A stretch of DNA of 63,307 nucleotides, counting the filler, from Olpidium bornovanus S191 (taxonomy: Eukaryota; Fungi; Olpidiomycota): the NCBI GenBank assembly GCA_017911155.1. It is 28 parts of 28 records of this genome, joined end to end, with 100 filler letters (N's around TTAATTAATTAA, not from the genome) between each part and the next. Parts side by side here need not be neighbours in the genome. Positions count along the whole stretch, not along the records: positions 46,906 to 48,434 come from JAEFCI010009808.1; positions 48,535 to 49,752 come from JAEFCI010006673.1; positions 49,853 to 51,116 come from JAEFCI010010424.1; positions 51,217 to 52,734 come from JAEFCI010012813.1; positions 52,835 to 54,579 come from JAEFCI010010048.1; positions 54,680 to 57,169 come from JAEFCI010012692.1; positions 57,270 to 58,309 come from JAEFCI010001348.1; 21 more parts are not named here. One strand, written 5' to 3'. This document shows, piece after piece, positions 46,906 to 58,409 of the stretch. The notes beneath the pieces are model-generated. The model searched no databases and was not told where the DNA came from. It was given only the letters and a program-made list of their open reading frames with translations. The position numbers and the translations under genes were made by a program. Positions within the stretch are counted from its first letter, which is position 1. Every line of letters starts with the position of its first letter.

Positions 46906-48174
46906 CATGGATGCAGAGGAAAGGACAGGAGGGAAGGGGGGAGGGGGAAGAAACAACGCACTTGGTGAACTCTGCCCGCGATGCTTGCGAAATCTCGCGC
47001 TTGCCAAGCTCCGCAATGGCGTTAGAGATTAGGGCTATTTGGCTACCTGCCTCCCGACTTGTGGTCTCGCGCAGTTGGAGGATCGCGCGTTTGTCGCGCT
47101 CTAACAATGCCTGTATCGATTGGATTTGCTGACGACCAAACAACCCTGCATGAGGAAAACGGAATCGAGCAAATCGTGGTGCGACGTAGCAATCTTTGCG
47201 GACTACTTCACGTTTGAGACCTGTCGGGAAACCACGACTTACAACGGCCAGCCGCTGGGTGTCCTCCTTCACAGCCATCGCGATTTCTCCGACGGGGCTA
47301 GGGTCAAGCTGCTGGCACAAGCGCTTCTGCTCTTGAACTACATCGCTGATCGATAAGTTCCAGCTGTTAACGCCAGACCAGGAAAGCCCCTCCCAGAGTG
47401 CACGCACGTGTCATCTTAACCGCTCGCTTACGCACCATATTGAATTCAACACGCGCTGCCAATTCGCGTCAAGGTCAGCATACTTCGTCGAAAAATCCGG
47501 TTGACCAGCCCTGGGGATTTACCGAAAGGCAAACGAAGCGTAAAGGCAGTGAGCAAGTTTCCGCGAGACCAGAGACGGCCACCGACAGGCGTTTGGCACG
47601 AAAATATAATGCGGAGTCCGTGAATTGGACCGGGGAGATTCGGGAAGTCCCGGCCGCTTGTAGGCGTACCGTACCCCCGGACGAAACGAAGAACCTACTG
47701 GAGCTGCTGTTGCTGCTGCGTCTGTGATGGAGTGAAGGTAGCGGCGGCTGCGGGAGCTCCGAACATCGAAAGACCCGTTCCAGGCGCGGCCGGCGACGTG
47801 CCGAACAGGGATGTGCCGGCCGTGGAAGGAGCGAACAACGAGCTCTGCTGAGAGGGTTTAGCGCCGAAGTAGGAGGGAGCGCCCTGGGCCGTGTTCGCGG
47901 CAGGAGCGCCGAAGAGCGAAGGCGCGGCAGTGCCCGCGGCGGGGGTGCTGAAGAGCGAGGGCGCGGCGGAAGTGCTCGCGGCCTGCACGCCGAAGAGAGG
48001 GGGAGCGGCGGGAGCGCCGCTCGTGGCAGTCGTGCCGAAGAGCAAGGGAGCGGCGGCAGGCGCGGCGGCCGGCGTGCCGAAGAGGGAGGGGGCGGCGGCG
48101 GGCGCGGCGGCGGGCGTGCCGAAAAGGCTCGGTGCCGCCGGGGTTTGCGCCGAGGACGTCGGGGGAGCGAACAT
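46906..48174 (-). CDS. FG-repeat nucleoporin, Nup49/NUP58-like; 3'-truncated
   Basis: Multiple SLFG/LFG repeats in an Ala/Pro-rich N-terminus, then coiled-coil exons (VQEQKRLC..VKEDTQRL; LQLRETTSRE). Confidence 0.7.
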
Positions 48175-48400
48175 GGCGAACGGTCGGCTGGGAAGCGCTC
48201 GTACCTCGCCCCGCGCCTTGCCGTAGAGCCGCGAGGTCCTCAAAACGACCGGGAAAGGCGCGCGGACGCGACGAGAATAGGGCCAGCAGCGACGCCTCCC
48301 GCGTCCTGCCTGGTCTGCGGTTGCGTTGTCCGCGGGCGCCGCAGGCGAGTTGGCGACGGCGGGCGATGGGCGGCGGATTTTCTTCCCCCCGCAAGAAAAC

Positions 48401-48434
<34 letters not shown>

Positions 48435-48788
48435 NNNNNNNNNNNNNNNNNNNNNNNNNNNNNNNNNNNNNNNNNNNNTTAATTAATTAANNNNNNNNNN
48501 NNNNNNNNNNNNNNNNNNNNNNNNNNNNNNNNNNCATGGCGACCTTTCCAGGAAATTCCCGACATCCTGCAACGGGCACTTTGGCAGGCCAGAAACTTAC
48601 CGCAACTGTTTTGAATTGCTTTCCTTCCGCCCATCCCCTGTCCGCCCATCTCGCGCCTCACCCATTTATTTGGGAACGCTACCCTCCCGCGGGAAACGCA
48701 CGCTATTATTTTTTTCTTTTTTTTCCCCCAGCCGGTCGACCGCACAAGCATTTTCCTTTTTCTCCCGCAAAATCCCGTTTGCCCCGCT

Positions 48789-49752
48789 GTGCGTTTCGCC
48801 GCTTTTCCCGACACCTTTCGAATGAATCTTCCTTCCGCCGTGGCCGGAGGTCCCGGTCCCACCATCACCGCGAATTCCCGACAGTTCGCCACCTTGTACG
48901 GCACCGGGCAGGGATCATCCCAATATGGCCCGTATGCCTCAACTGGCGGCGGCGGCGGCGGCGCGGCCGGACCCCATGGAGCGGGGCCACCGTTTTTCGA
49001 CGTCTCGCCAGTTCCGCGCCTGGCCACAATGACGGCTCCGGTGGAGCATCGGGAGTATGTTCCGGCGTACGGCGGCGGCGGCGGCAGAGCGGCTGCGGCA
49101 GCAGATCGTTACCACCGTCCGGCGAACCAACTCGTGGTTATTCAGCGCTTGGGTGATCCGGACTACTCGTCGCTGTCGGGCGGCGTCGACGATGCGCGGC
49201 CCTGGAACTCAAACAGGCCCGTCTACACTTGGAGCTTGCCCACCCAGGACGATCTCCACGTACTTACCGACGTCGTCCCGACCGTCGACGGCTACGTCCA
49301 CCGAGAAGTCATCCCGGTCGACGCCGAATCGATGACCACCTCTCGGGTAACGAACTTCCGCGGGAAGATGGTGCGGTTGGCCATGCACTGGAGGCATATT
49401 AGGTGCGTAATCTCTAGCCCTCTTGGAAATGACGCAAATCTGCCGGTTTTTGGAGGAAGCCAAGGCTTGCTGTGCTCTCCGTGCTGATTCACCATCGTCG
49501 CCTGGCCTACGCAGCGAAGTTCCGGCTGACGAGATCTTGGACGGCCTGCCAGGTTTGCGAACATGGAGCGGAGATCACTGGGACCCAGGCAACGTCGCGC
49601 AGATCGGGATCATTTCAGCCGTCATGTCGAACATGGGATTGACGGACCTAGACGATAACCTCCTGCAGCTGAAGCTAATCTCCTGGCTTGATATCACCCA
49701 CAACTGTACGGTCGACGCGGCATCGTGCTTATCACAACCGTGTCGAGAAAAC
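48789..49752 (+). CDS. Unidentified protein with a globular segment and an LRR-like exon
   Basis: Long ORF to FRGKMVRLAMHWRHI; downstream exon MGLTDLDDNLLQLKLISWLDITHN fits an LxxLxLxxN pattern. Confidence 0.45.
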
Positions 49753-49869
49753 NNNNNNNNNNNNNNNNNNNNNNNNNNNNNNNNNNNNNNNNNNNNTTAA
49801 TTAATTAANNNNNNNNNNNNNNNNNNNNNNNNNNNNNNNNNNNNNNNNNNNNAAAAAAAAGGGGGGGGG

Positions 49870-50160
49870 GGGGGGGGGGGTGCCGCTGCAGCGATCGGCG
49901 ACGGCGACACGGTGGCGGTCGGTGCAGCGACGGCGGCGGTGGGCCGGAGCGCCAGAGCGGGCCGGCGGTGCTGGAGGCGAAGCGAAGCGTCGACGGCGCG
50001 TCGACGGGGCCGGGACGAAGCGTCGATGGTGCCGAAGGCGAAGCGTCGATGGTGCCAATGGCGAAGCGTCGGCGGCGCCGCGGGAAGCCGGCGCTGGCGG
50101 AACTGCGGGCGACGCTGGGACGGGGGCGGCGTCAGGCCCGAGTTGGCCTCATAACCTGTT
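49870..50160 (-). mobile_element. LTR 3' end (AACA), PBS variant GGTTATGAGGCC (50145-50156) and GC-rich leader
   Basis: Reverse complement reads AACA-GGTTATGAGGCC, followed by CGACGCTTCG repeats, as at 26148. Confidence 0.65.
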
Positions 50161-50831
50161 GAGTTTTGTGTATTTTTTGCGTCTTGTGAGAACAGCGGTT
50201 CTATATTTACGAGTATAATGGAAAGGAAGAAAACGAGAGGAGAAGCAAAACAAGAGGAAAAAATCTACACGAATGAGTGCCGCAGAATGAAGAACGTGGA
50301 TCTCAACTTCCTGCTGGATCAGGTCTTCTTTTCTGACATCCTCGAAACGATCGTCCGGTATGACATGCTCACAGAGTATGTCAGGTCAATGCCCGGGCAA
50401 ACGCAGAAATCTTTAGACGTCTTATAGCTGAATTCCAAGGTGTTGTCCATCCGACGCGTCTTGATCAGTTGGTCTGGGTTATGCGCGCAAAAGCGGATCA
50501 GCTAAGCTAACATGCGCGAAAAGGCCGCGCACAAGCGGCGCAGCGGCGGTCAGCAAGCGCAGCAAGGCGGGGTAGGAGGGCGGCGGAAGGCGGAGCAGTG
50601 CTGGCAAAACGTCTTTGAAAGGGAGCTCAGCGGAGGAGCTGCCGGAAGGAAAGAGGAGACGGTTCCTTTTGCTTTGCTTTTTGCGCGCCGTGCCGTGGTA
50701 GGGCGGAGCCGGACTGCGCCGGCTCATTCCCCCCCCCCATAGGGACGCACTTTGGCGATCACGTGACCCTTACAGGAAATCTTACGGTTCACAACATTCA
50801 AATTAAATAAAGAAAAAAAAAATAGAAAAAT

Positions 50832-50897
50832 CCGCGACAGTAGGGTTCGAGAACCAACGCTCCTCGAGTTTGGCATATTTCCAGCCGGGTTGGCCCG
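50832..50897 (-). pseudogene. Degenerate tRNA-Ser-derived copy downstream of the intact tRNA
   Basis: GGAGCGTTGGTTCTCGAACCCTACTGTCG closely matches the 3' half of the neighbouring tRNA; loop CTGGAAA; T-run follows. Confidence 0.6.
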
Positions 50898-50927
50898 TTT
50901 GAAGGCGGAAAATAGATCACAAAAAAA

Positions 50928-51010
50928 CGACGACAGTAGGATTTGAACCTACGCTCCCAAAGGGAAGCAGATTTCTAGTCTGCCGCCTTAACCAACTCGG
51001 CCATATCGTC
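50928..51010 (-). tRNA. tRNA-Ser(AGA), 83 nt
   Basis: Full cloverleaf: GACGATA/TGTCGTC, GCAGA-CTAGAAA-TCTGC, long variable arm, GTAGG-TTCAAAT-CCTAC, then a T7 terminator. Confidence 0.97.
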
Positions 51011-51270
51011 TGCAACTGCTGGCGACGAGCTTTGTCGACTTTAACATCATATTTAGTGCGGCATAAGCCATTATTTACACCCTTATGAGCGGTTTAAAAG
51101 GATTCCGCGGTAACGTNNNNNNNNNNNNNNNNNNNNNNNNNNNNNNNNNNNNNNNNNNNNTTAATTAATTAANNNNNNNNNNNNNNNNNNNNNNNNNNNN
51201 NNNNNNNNNNNNNNNNGCCTGTTTGTATGAGTGGATGATTGAAAGGTTGGGGCCTGTGAGTATAATGTTG

Positions 51271-52082
51271 TCAACATAAACAGCAAGAATGAGAGCAATT
51301 TCGAAGGTCATTGGTTACCTCTCTTAACAATTCATCCACCAACAACGCTTTCTCCCTCCGAAAGCTCCAATTCATCTTTGACTTGCAATTCGCTTGGACT
51401 AACGAATAGGGTTGCCCGGTTGCCCTGACACTGATGGTTTGGAGAAAGGTCCGCATCTCTTCTGTGAAATCCTCGTGATAGACAACAACGTACTGTCTTC
51501 CCCTTGAGTCCATTGGAAGTGTCGTATTGTGAATGCGTTCGGTAGTTTTGTAGTTGAACTTGCTAATGTTTGTCCATTCGTCCGGCGTGTAAAGTTGTGG
51601 GAGAGGTATATCGAGGAGTGGCGTGCCTTTTCTAACCACGCTCTGGAAGCCGTCGGGTTCCAGAACAGTGTGTGTATTGGGATTGGTGTTGTAGTGCCAG
51701 TCTTCGACCTCCATGCCATTTTCGCCCTCAAAACGTCGCCGATGGTGGGGGCTTGGCGATGTGCCCAATCGAATGCATAGAAGTTGGCAAGTCTTTGGGC
51801 AAGGGCGTCGAGGTACTTGCGACACGAGGCTCCGACAGACATCCTCTTGTACCGCTGCTGGCGAAACGCTTTCAGGTTCGGACCGGACGCCTTGCTCATT
51901 TCTGCTTGCCAGTGCCGTGAAAGTGCGAGTAGGCGGTCGTAGCGGTCAAGCTCAGCCTTCTCGCGACGGGTGAGCTCCTTCTCATCCTTGTCAAGCAGCT
52001 CGAAGTTTCTAGCCGTGAGCTTCTGGATGTCTGCTTCGACGGCTTCGAGCTTCTGGAGGGCTACCTCAGCAGTGAGTGCCAT
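51271..52082 (-). CDS. Uncharacterised protein (N-terminal coiled coil plus globular domain) split by one frameshift near 51730
   Basis: ORF 51399-52082 up to PTIGDV continues in ORF 51271-51825 as GENGMEVEDW..PLPQLYTPDEW..RIH..LP..YVVVYHEDFT. Confidence 0.6.
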
Positions 52083-53442
52083 CCCTGCACACGAGCAGGA
52101 CGCCGGTTACGTGGCAGTAAGGCAGCAGACGAAAGCGTCAGCCAGAACAAGACGTACCTCGCTCGCTGAAGAGCTGGCAAACAGGGTGAAAAGGATGCGG
52201 CAATAACTTTGAAGGAGCGAGGAAAGCAAAGAATGTACGGTGAAGGGCCAACTGAGGCAGACGGGAAACGTGACCGCGTCGCTCCAGAAAAGGCCTTGTT
52301 CAAGAAAGCAGCAGTTTAGCTGAAGGTGTGGAGCCGGCGAGAGCTGGGAGACAAGACAAAGCAGGAGCAAGCGTGAAGCTACTCACCAGGCCGCGGTAAC
52401 GGAGGCGCTATCGGTGCGGGGAGCGCTCCACGGGGGACGGCCGCGATGAGCGCGGCGCGGCGGTGACGAAGCGAGGAGCGGCGACGAGAAAAACCGCGGT
52501 GACGGAGGCGCTCTCGATGACGGTGAAGCACGCCGCGGTGACGACGGCGCTCTCGGTGACGCGCGACGGCGGCGACGCGGCACCGGCGATGAACGGTGGC
52601 GCTCTCCGATGGACGGCGAGCGGAAACGGCGTGCGGCGGCGGGACGATGAACGGGTGACGGCAGCGCTCGCGGAGCGGGGGCGACGAGCCGCGGTGACGG
52701 CGGCGCTCCGCTCCTGTGACGGAGCCGCTCTCGANNNNNNNNNNNNNNNNNNNNNNNNNNNNNNNNNNNNNNNNNNNNTTAATTAATTAANNNNNNNNNN
52801 NNNNNNNNNNNNNNNNNNNNNNNNNNNNNNNNNNCCCCCCCCCCCCCCCCCGCACCCGCCCCCCCCCCGCCGCCGCCAACACCCGCCGCCGCGGCCGCCG
52901 CGAGCCCCCCACCGCCAAAGGGAGAAGACGCCTGGTTCCGGACGAGCAGCGACGGACCCCAAACACAACCCGAAACACCAAACAACGGGCGGCCCGACGT
53001 CCCGCCGTTCCTTGCTTCCCAGAACCACACCCCGCACCCCCCCCCTCCTTTTTCTTAACAGCAAAACTCCGACGCGGGTTCCCCCTCCCTCCCCGCCCCA
53101 CCACCCGACTCCCGCTTGCGACGCATGAGATGAGGCGCCTTCACAGCGCGAAGCATTCCTTTGCGCTCCCTCCTCCTTCCGGACGGGGGTCGGGGACGGC
53201 GCCGGTTTGAGGGGGGGGGGGTGGGGTTAAGTGGGGGGGTTTTAATGAAGGGGGGAAAAGGGGCCGGGGCCGGGGGCCCGCTCACAGAAGCATTGGCCGC
53301 GGGGCCCCCCAAAAAAACTCAGCTCCTCGGGCCCCTCGGACGTCGGCAGCCTTTTTCTTTTTCTTTTTTTTTTTTTTTTTTTTTGCTTGCGAGATTTTGA
53401 AAATCCGGCGATTTTCGCGACACCGTCACTTCGCTTGATAGT

Positions 53443-54180
53443 AAAGGGGGTGAACAAAAAAAAAAAGTTGGTGCGCACACACCGTGCGCAAAATAACTAT
53501 TTTACGCACCCCATACAATCACAGCCAAATAATAAAAGCTGCCTTTTAACAACTTTCACAACTATACCCAACGCACTCAACGCGGTCTGTTCTATGAATT
53601 TCAAGACAAGGGTTAGGGCTAGGGTTGACTTCCAACGTTGAAAAGGAAACTGGGTATTTCTGGTACTCGTACGAGGGCCGCGCGGTGCTTCAGGCAAAGC
53701 AGCAGTGGGGGTGGTTGTGGGGTCTTCATGGGGTTTGCTTTCGGCTTTCTGCATCTCTCTTTCTATCTGCGGTTGTGGTTGTGGGATCTTCATGGTGTTT
53801 GCGTTTGGCTATCTGCTTCTCTCTTTCTATCTGCGGTTGACTTGCCCTGTTTGTCTTCTTTGTCGTAGCGTATATTTGAGAACAAAGTGGTTTGGCTTTT
53901 GCGCATTGGTGCGGCATGGCCTCTCCGTTACAGCAGGCGTCTAGCAATTTTGGGTGTGGTTTGCTGCAGACCGACGCTTACACCGCAGTCTGTACGTCAC
54001 AAAAGGCAAAGCTGCGGCTAGAGCTTTGCAATGTTGGTGCGGCATGGCCGCGCTGTTTCGGTCGTCTAGCAATTGGGGTGTGGTGGTTTCTGCGGCGTAG
54101 CCGCAGGGTGCGTAAATTAATACGTTGCGCACGGGTGCGCAACGTATCAAAACTCACAAAAAAAGGGGGTGAACAAAAAA
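53443..54180. mobile_element. Putative non-autonomous DNA element with hairpin-containing inverted repeats and internal tandem repeats
   Basis: IRs at 53471-53511 and 54106-54142; flanking direct repeat AAAGGGGGTGAACAAAAAA; internal 64-nt and roughly 120-nt duplications. Confidence 0.5.
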
Positions 54181-54546
54181 AAAAAAAAAAAAAAAAACCC
54201 CGGGGGGTTTGCCCAATCGTCACAGTTCGTATCTCATTTGCGATAATATCGCACCCGGGCGTGCGTGCGTGCGTGTTTTTTTTGTTTTTTTTTTTTTTTT
54301 TTTTTTTTTACCTTCCCCCGTGGGAAAATATCCTTGATACGCGAGCTTTTTTTTTTTTTTTTTTTTTTCTTTTTCTCTTCGGACCTTTTTGAAAAGATCA
54401 TTTTTCCGGGAAGAGGAGAGGGAGCGGAAGGGGAATGTGGAAATGAAAAGCCCCGTATTTTGCGACGGCGGGTTTCCAACGCCGGTAAAAAAATTTCAGC
54501 GCGGCGGGCGTGATTGGCTCGCGACCATAAACGGAGGGCCTGTTGT

Positions 54547-54579
<33 letters not shown>

Positions 54580-54781
54580 NNNNNNNNNNNNNNNNNNNNN
54601 NNNNNNNNNNNNNNNNNNNNNNNTTAATTAATTAANNNNNNNNNNNNNNNNNNNNNNNNNNNNNNNNNNNNNNNNNNNNAGACTAATGTGCTCGCGGGGG
54701 GAAAAAAAAAAAAAAAACCTTGCCGGGTTAAAAGGGCGTTAAGACGGGGGGGGGGTACCGGACGGCAATTTTTTTTTTTTT

Positions 54782-54839
<58 letters not shown>

Positions 54840-55007
54840 CCAGCCGGGCCACACCCCGGAAGCAGGGAAAAGAAAAGAAGAGGAAAAAAAAAAAAACCCC
54901 TCCCTTCCCCGCGCCCACCCCTCCAACCACCTCCGCATAATCTTCCACCTCTTCTCCTTCTCTTGCCGACTGCCCCGGCGACTGGGAGAGACAGAGAGGC
55001 GCAGCGA

Positions 55008-57169
55008 ATGCACGTCTTCGACGCGGCGGCAGCTGCTGCAGCCGCTGCAGACCCCGCCGCCGACCCCGCCGCCGCACCACCGCTGCCCGCCGGCCCGCCC
55101 ACCCCCGGGTCGCCGTCGCCCCCCGCCGCCGCAGCCGCCGCAGCCGCCGCCGCCGCAGCCGAGCCGCCCGCCGCCGCCGCCGCCGCCGAGCCGCCCGCCG
55201 CAGCACCGGGCAAGTCGTTGGCTACGCCGGGCGCGCCCGCCACGAAGGCGGCCGCTCCCCTTCCACCAGCACGTGCGGAAAGCGGGCTCGCCGGCCTCCG
55301 CCGCCTGCCGTCGTCCGGCGTCCGGCTTTCTCCGGCGTCCGCTCACAACCCGACGTCGGGCACTTCGTCCCCGCTCCTCCCCGCCGGACACCCGCCCTCC
55401 CCTTCCCCCTCCGTCCCGCGCGCAACGTGCGTCAACGAGCACTTTGGCGCCCAGGGGACTGCGCACCAAAGCCCGGCGCCCGCAGCAGCTGCTGCTGCCC
55501 GGACGCAGCCCGGCCAGCCCGGGTTGCCGCCGTCGTCTTCGCCGCTGCTGGTATCACGCTTGGCTGCGGTGCGTTCTCCTGGCGAGCAGAGCGACCTGGG
55601 GATGAGTACGTCGGTGGAGGGCGCAGCGCGCCGGCGTGACACCGGTCCTCCTCTCGCGAAAGTGGTCGGCGGCGAGAAGGCCTCGTTCTCGGACGTCGTC
55701 GTCAAAATCTTCATACGCACCCCCCAGTGGGAATCGGAGGACTTCTGCGCTCTCGTCGTTGCCCGCACGTCGACCGTTTTGGAGCTCAAGACTCACCTAA
55801 GTCTCGAGCACCCGCTTAGGCCCAACGTAAGCGACCAGCGGCTTATATTTGCCGGGAGGCTCTTGGACAATAGCGAGTGCGTGCAGGACATAATCAAAAG
55901 GGTGCGTTTCCTTACGTCGCCCGGTCTTGCCTCAAGTTTTTGCACCGGTTTTACAAGGCTCGTTAAGGTTTGATTTTTTTTTCTGCCGTGCGGATCGCGC
56001 CGCCGGTGCTGACGCCTCTCGACCTGCCTTCTGTATTGAAAAACCTCTTCGGCTCCGCCCAATTTCTTTTCTTGCTTCCTTTGGACACTGGACTCACCCA
56101 ACAAATGGTCTGGCTCAGCGTGATGCGATGCACCACCAGACTTTCCATCTTGTTATTCGGCAAAGACCCGTGGACGCCGGCACGAGCGCTGCCGTGCCGT
56201 CGGCGACGTCGAACGCATCAGCGCAGCCGACAAACACAGGTGATTTCTTGGAACGCCGAGCACAGAATGCCGTTCCGGCCGACCGACCGCCGCCGTATCC
56301 TGCAGCCCAGCAACAGCGACAACCCCTGCAGCAGCAATCGTCACAGCGACAGCAACCGCCACACCCACAACAGGAGCAGCGAGCTCCTGTGGGCGCGGGC
56401 GGGACCGGAGCTGCGGATGAGCGGGGCTCTGTTCAGCGGGTCGCGCAAATAGTAATTTTAAACGGGATGCCATACCAAGCGATCCACATCAAGTAAGTGG
56501 TCGACCACGGTGACTCTGGTTCCGATGTCGCCTATGACAAGTCTAGATTGCTTACGTTCCGATGCAGCGGCTTGCCGTTCCTAATATCGCTGCCGTGGCC
56601 GCAAACCGACGCTCATGCGGCATATTACCGTGTCGGCGAGCACGTGCGCCACGTGTATGGGAACCATCCTCAGTTGGACGAAGAAGAAGCGGCCAGAATC
56701 CTGAACGCTCGCCGGCAGCGGCAACAGGAGCAGGATCGACAACAGCGGCAGAATCAACAAAACAACGTCTCGGCGGTACAACTGGCGCTGAAGATCGCGT
56801 TTTTCTTGCTTTTATTCTGCCGCAACGCGAGCATTGAGCGGATCATACTTATGCACCTTGCGGGGGTGGTGATCTTCCTGTAAGTTTTGTTTAAGACGCC
56901 GTGGAGGGGAGCGGTAATGTCATTTTTTTTTCGTGTTGGTCACGGCGAATGCCTAACGCGGCCGTGCTGATCTAATAATTCACAGCCACCAGACGGGTGT
57001 CCTCCGAATCATCCGCGGACACGTCCAGCCAAACGGCGAGATCGTTGTTGAACGAGAACAGCGGCGGCAACCGGGAGCCGGCGCCGAGGGCCCCGCTGGA
57101 AACGGGGTCGCGCCGGTGGGTGCCCTGGGGGCCGCCGCTCGCACGGCCTGGGCGTTCCTGGCGAGCATG
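55008..57169 (+). CDS. HERP-like ER membrane protein with a ubiquitin-like domain; 3'-truncated
   Basis: TVLELKTHLSLEHPLRPNVSDQRLIFAGRLL, HQTFHLVIR, QLALKIAFFLLLFCRNASIERIILMHLAGVVIFL, QTGVLR across introns. Confidence 0.8.
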
Positions 57170-57761
57170 NNNNNNNNNNNNNNNNNNNNNNNNNNNNNNN
57201 NNNNNNNNNNNNNTTAATTAATTAANNNNNNNNNNNNNNNNNNNNNNNNNNNNNNNNNNNNNNNNNNNNCGCTGTGCCGAAGGCAACAACCCCTGCACTC
57301 TGTATCTGGTAAACCTGAATTCTGTCCTGGCGACCCAAGCCCGAAACCGCCGTCAACATTGCCCGCAACGGCGTCGAAGTCCCTATCATGCTTGCTGCCT
57401 CATAGATTTGTCCCACTGCTGATTCCTCAGGCCCCCGAATGTCAGACATTTCCGTGTCGTGTGGGATTAAGGGTCCTGGCTGGGAGCGCCATTTAAAATG
57501 AAATAAATTGGCAGGGCAGTTCTCCCGACGGCCACCCAGCTCCTGGTTTTAATGACCGATACTACGGTTGTCTCAATCATTTTTTCAACTTCTTTCCCGT
57601 TCTTCGACGTTTGTTTTTCTTCCTTGCTTACTCGCCAAGAGGAAGGAGGGTAGACGGGGGGGGGGGGGTTGGGGTAGGGCGCGCGCGGTATGTTTGTGCC
57701 TCTCTAACCTTCCCGATGCGCCGACTGGGCCGCGCATCTGCCTACGCGCCAGCCCGGCAAC

Positions 57762-58309
57762 AGAGTCCACCCCCACCACTCCTAACGCCCGACACCACTT
57801 GTGCTTAATCTCGCTGACGCCTTTGATGACCACATCGGCAACCATCTCGAATGACGCCACCGCGATCGCAGATAGCTCACCCGCGGCGACACGCTTTCTA
57901 AAAAGCGTTCAAGCCACACGCCTTCTTTTGTGGGCAAGGGCGACATACTCTTCAATGCTGGACGTGGCGACGATCGGTTGGCGACGACTACACCAGGCGA
58001 CGGCTGCCCCTCCCATCAAGAACACGCAGCCTCTAGTCGACCGTCGTGTTTCCGGTGCACTCGGCGTGGTCGGCGTCGCTGTAAGCTTCGATGTCGGCAG
58101 TGCACCCATTGTAGGTGAGCTTCGAGTGTGTCTTTCTGCGCAGTTGGCGCAACACACGTTTCACTCCTGCCCAGCCCTGCCCCTTTGGGATTCTTGATGG
58201 CGGGCGAGCCGGCCGGCTGCGAAGGTGACGTCCGGCCTGGTCACCTGCGCGATGTACAACAATGCACCCACAAGCTCCCGATACGTTTCCTTGCTGCGTT
58301 CTTTCATGC
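57762..58309 (-). mobile_element. Degenerate, internally deleted Ty1/copia RT-end/RNase H
   Basis: [61 protein letters not shown]. Confidence 0.9.
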
Positions 58310-58409
58310 NNNNNNNNNNNNNNNNNNNNNNNNNNNNNNNNNNNNNNNNNNNNTTAATTAATTAANNNNNNNNNNNNNNNNNNNNNNNNNNNNNNNNNNN
58401 NNNNNNNNN

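Noticed and set aside
50218-50427. 69-aa ORF beside the minus-strand LTR end
   Set aside because: No recognisable family; it may lie within LTR or flanking DNA, so it cannot be supported.
53609-53626. TTAGGG-like repeats as a chromosome end
   Set aside because: Only about three imperfect units, internal to the contig; noted only as part of the hairpin-IR element.
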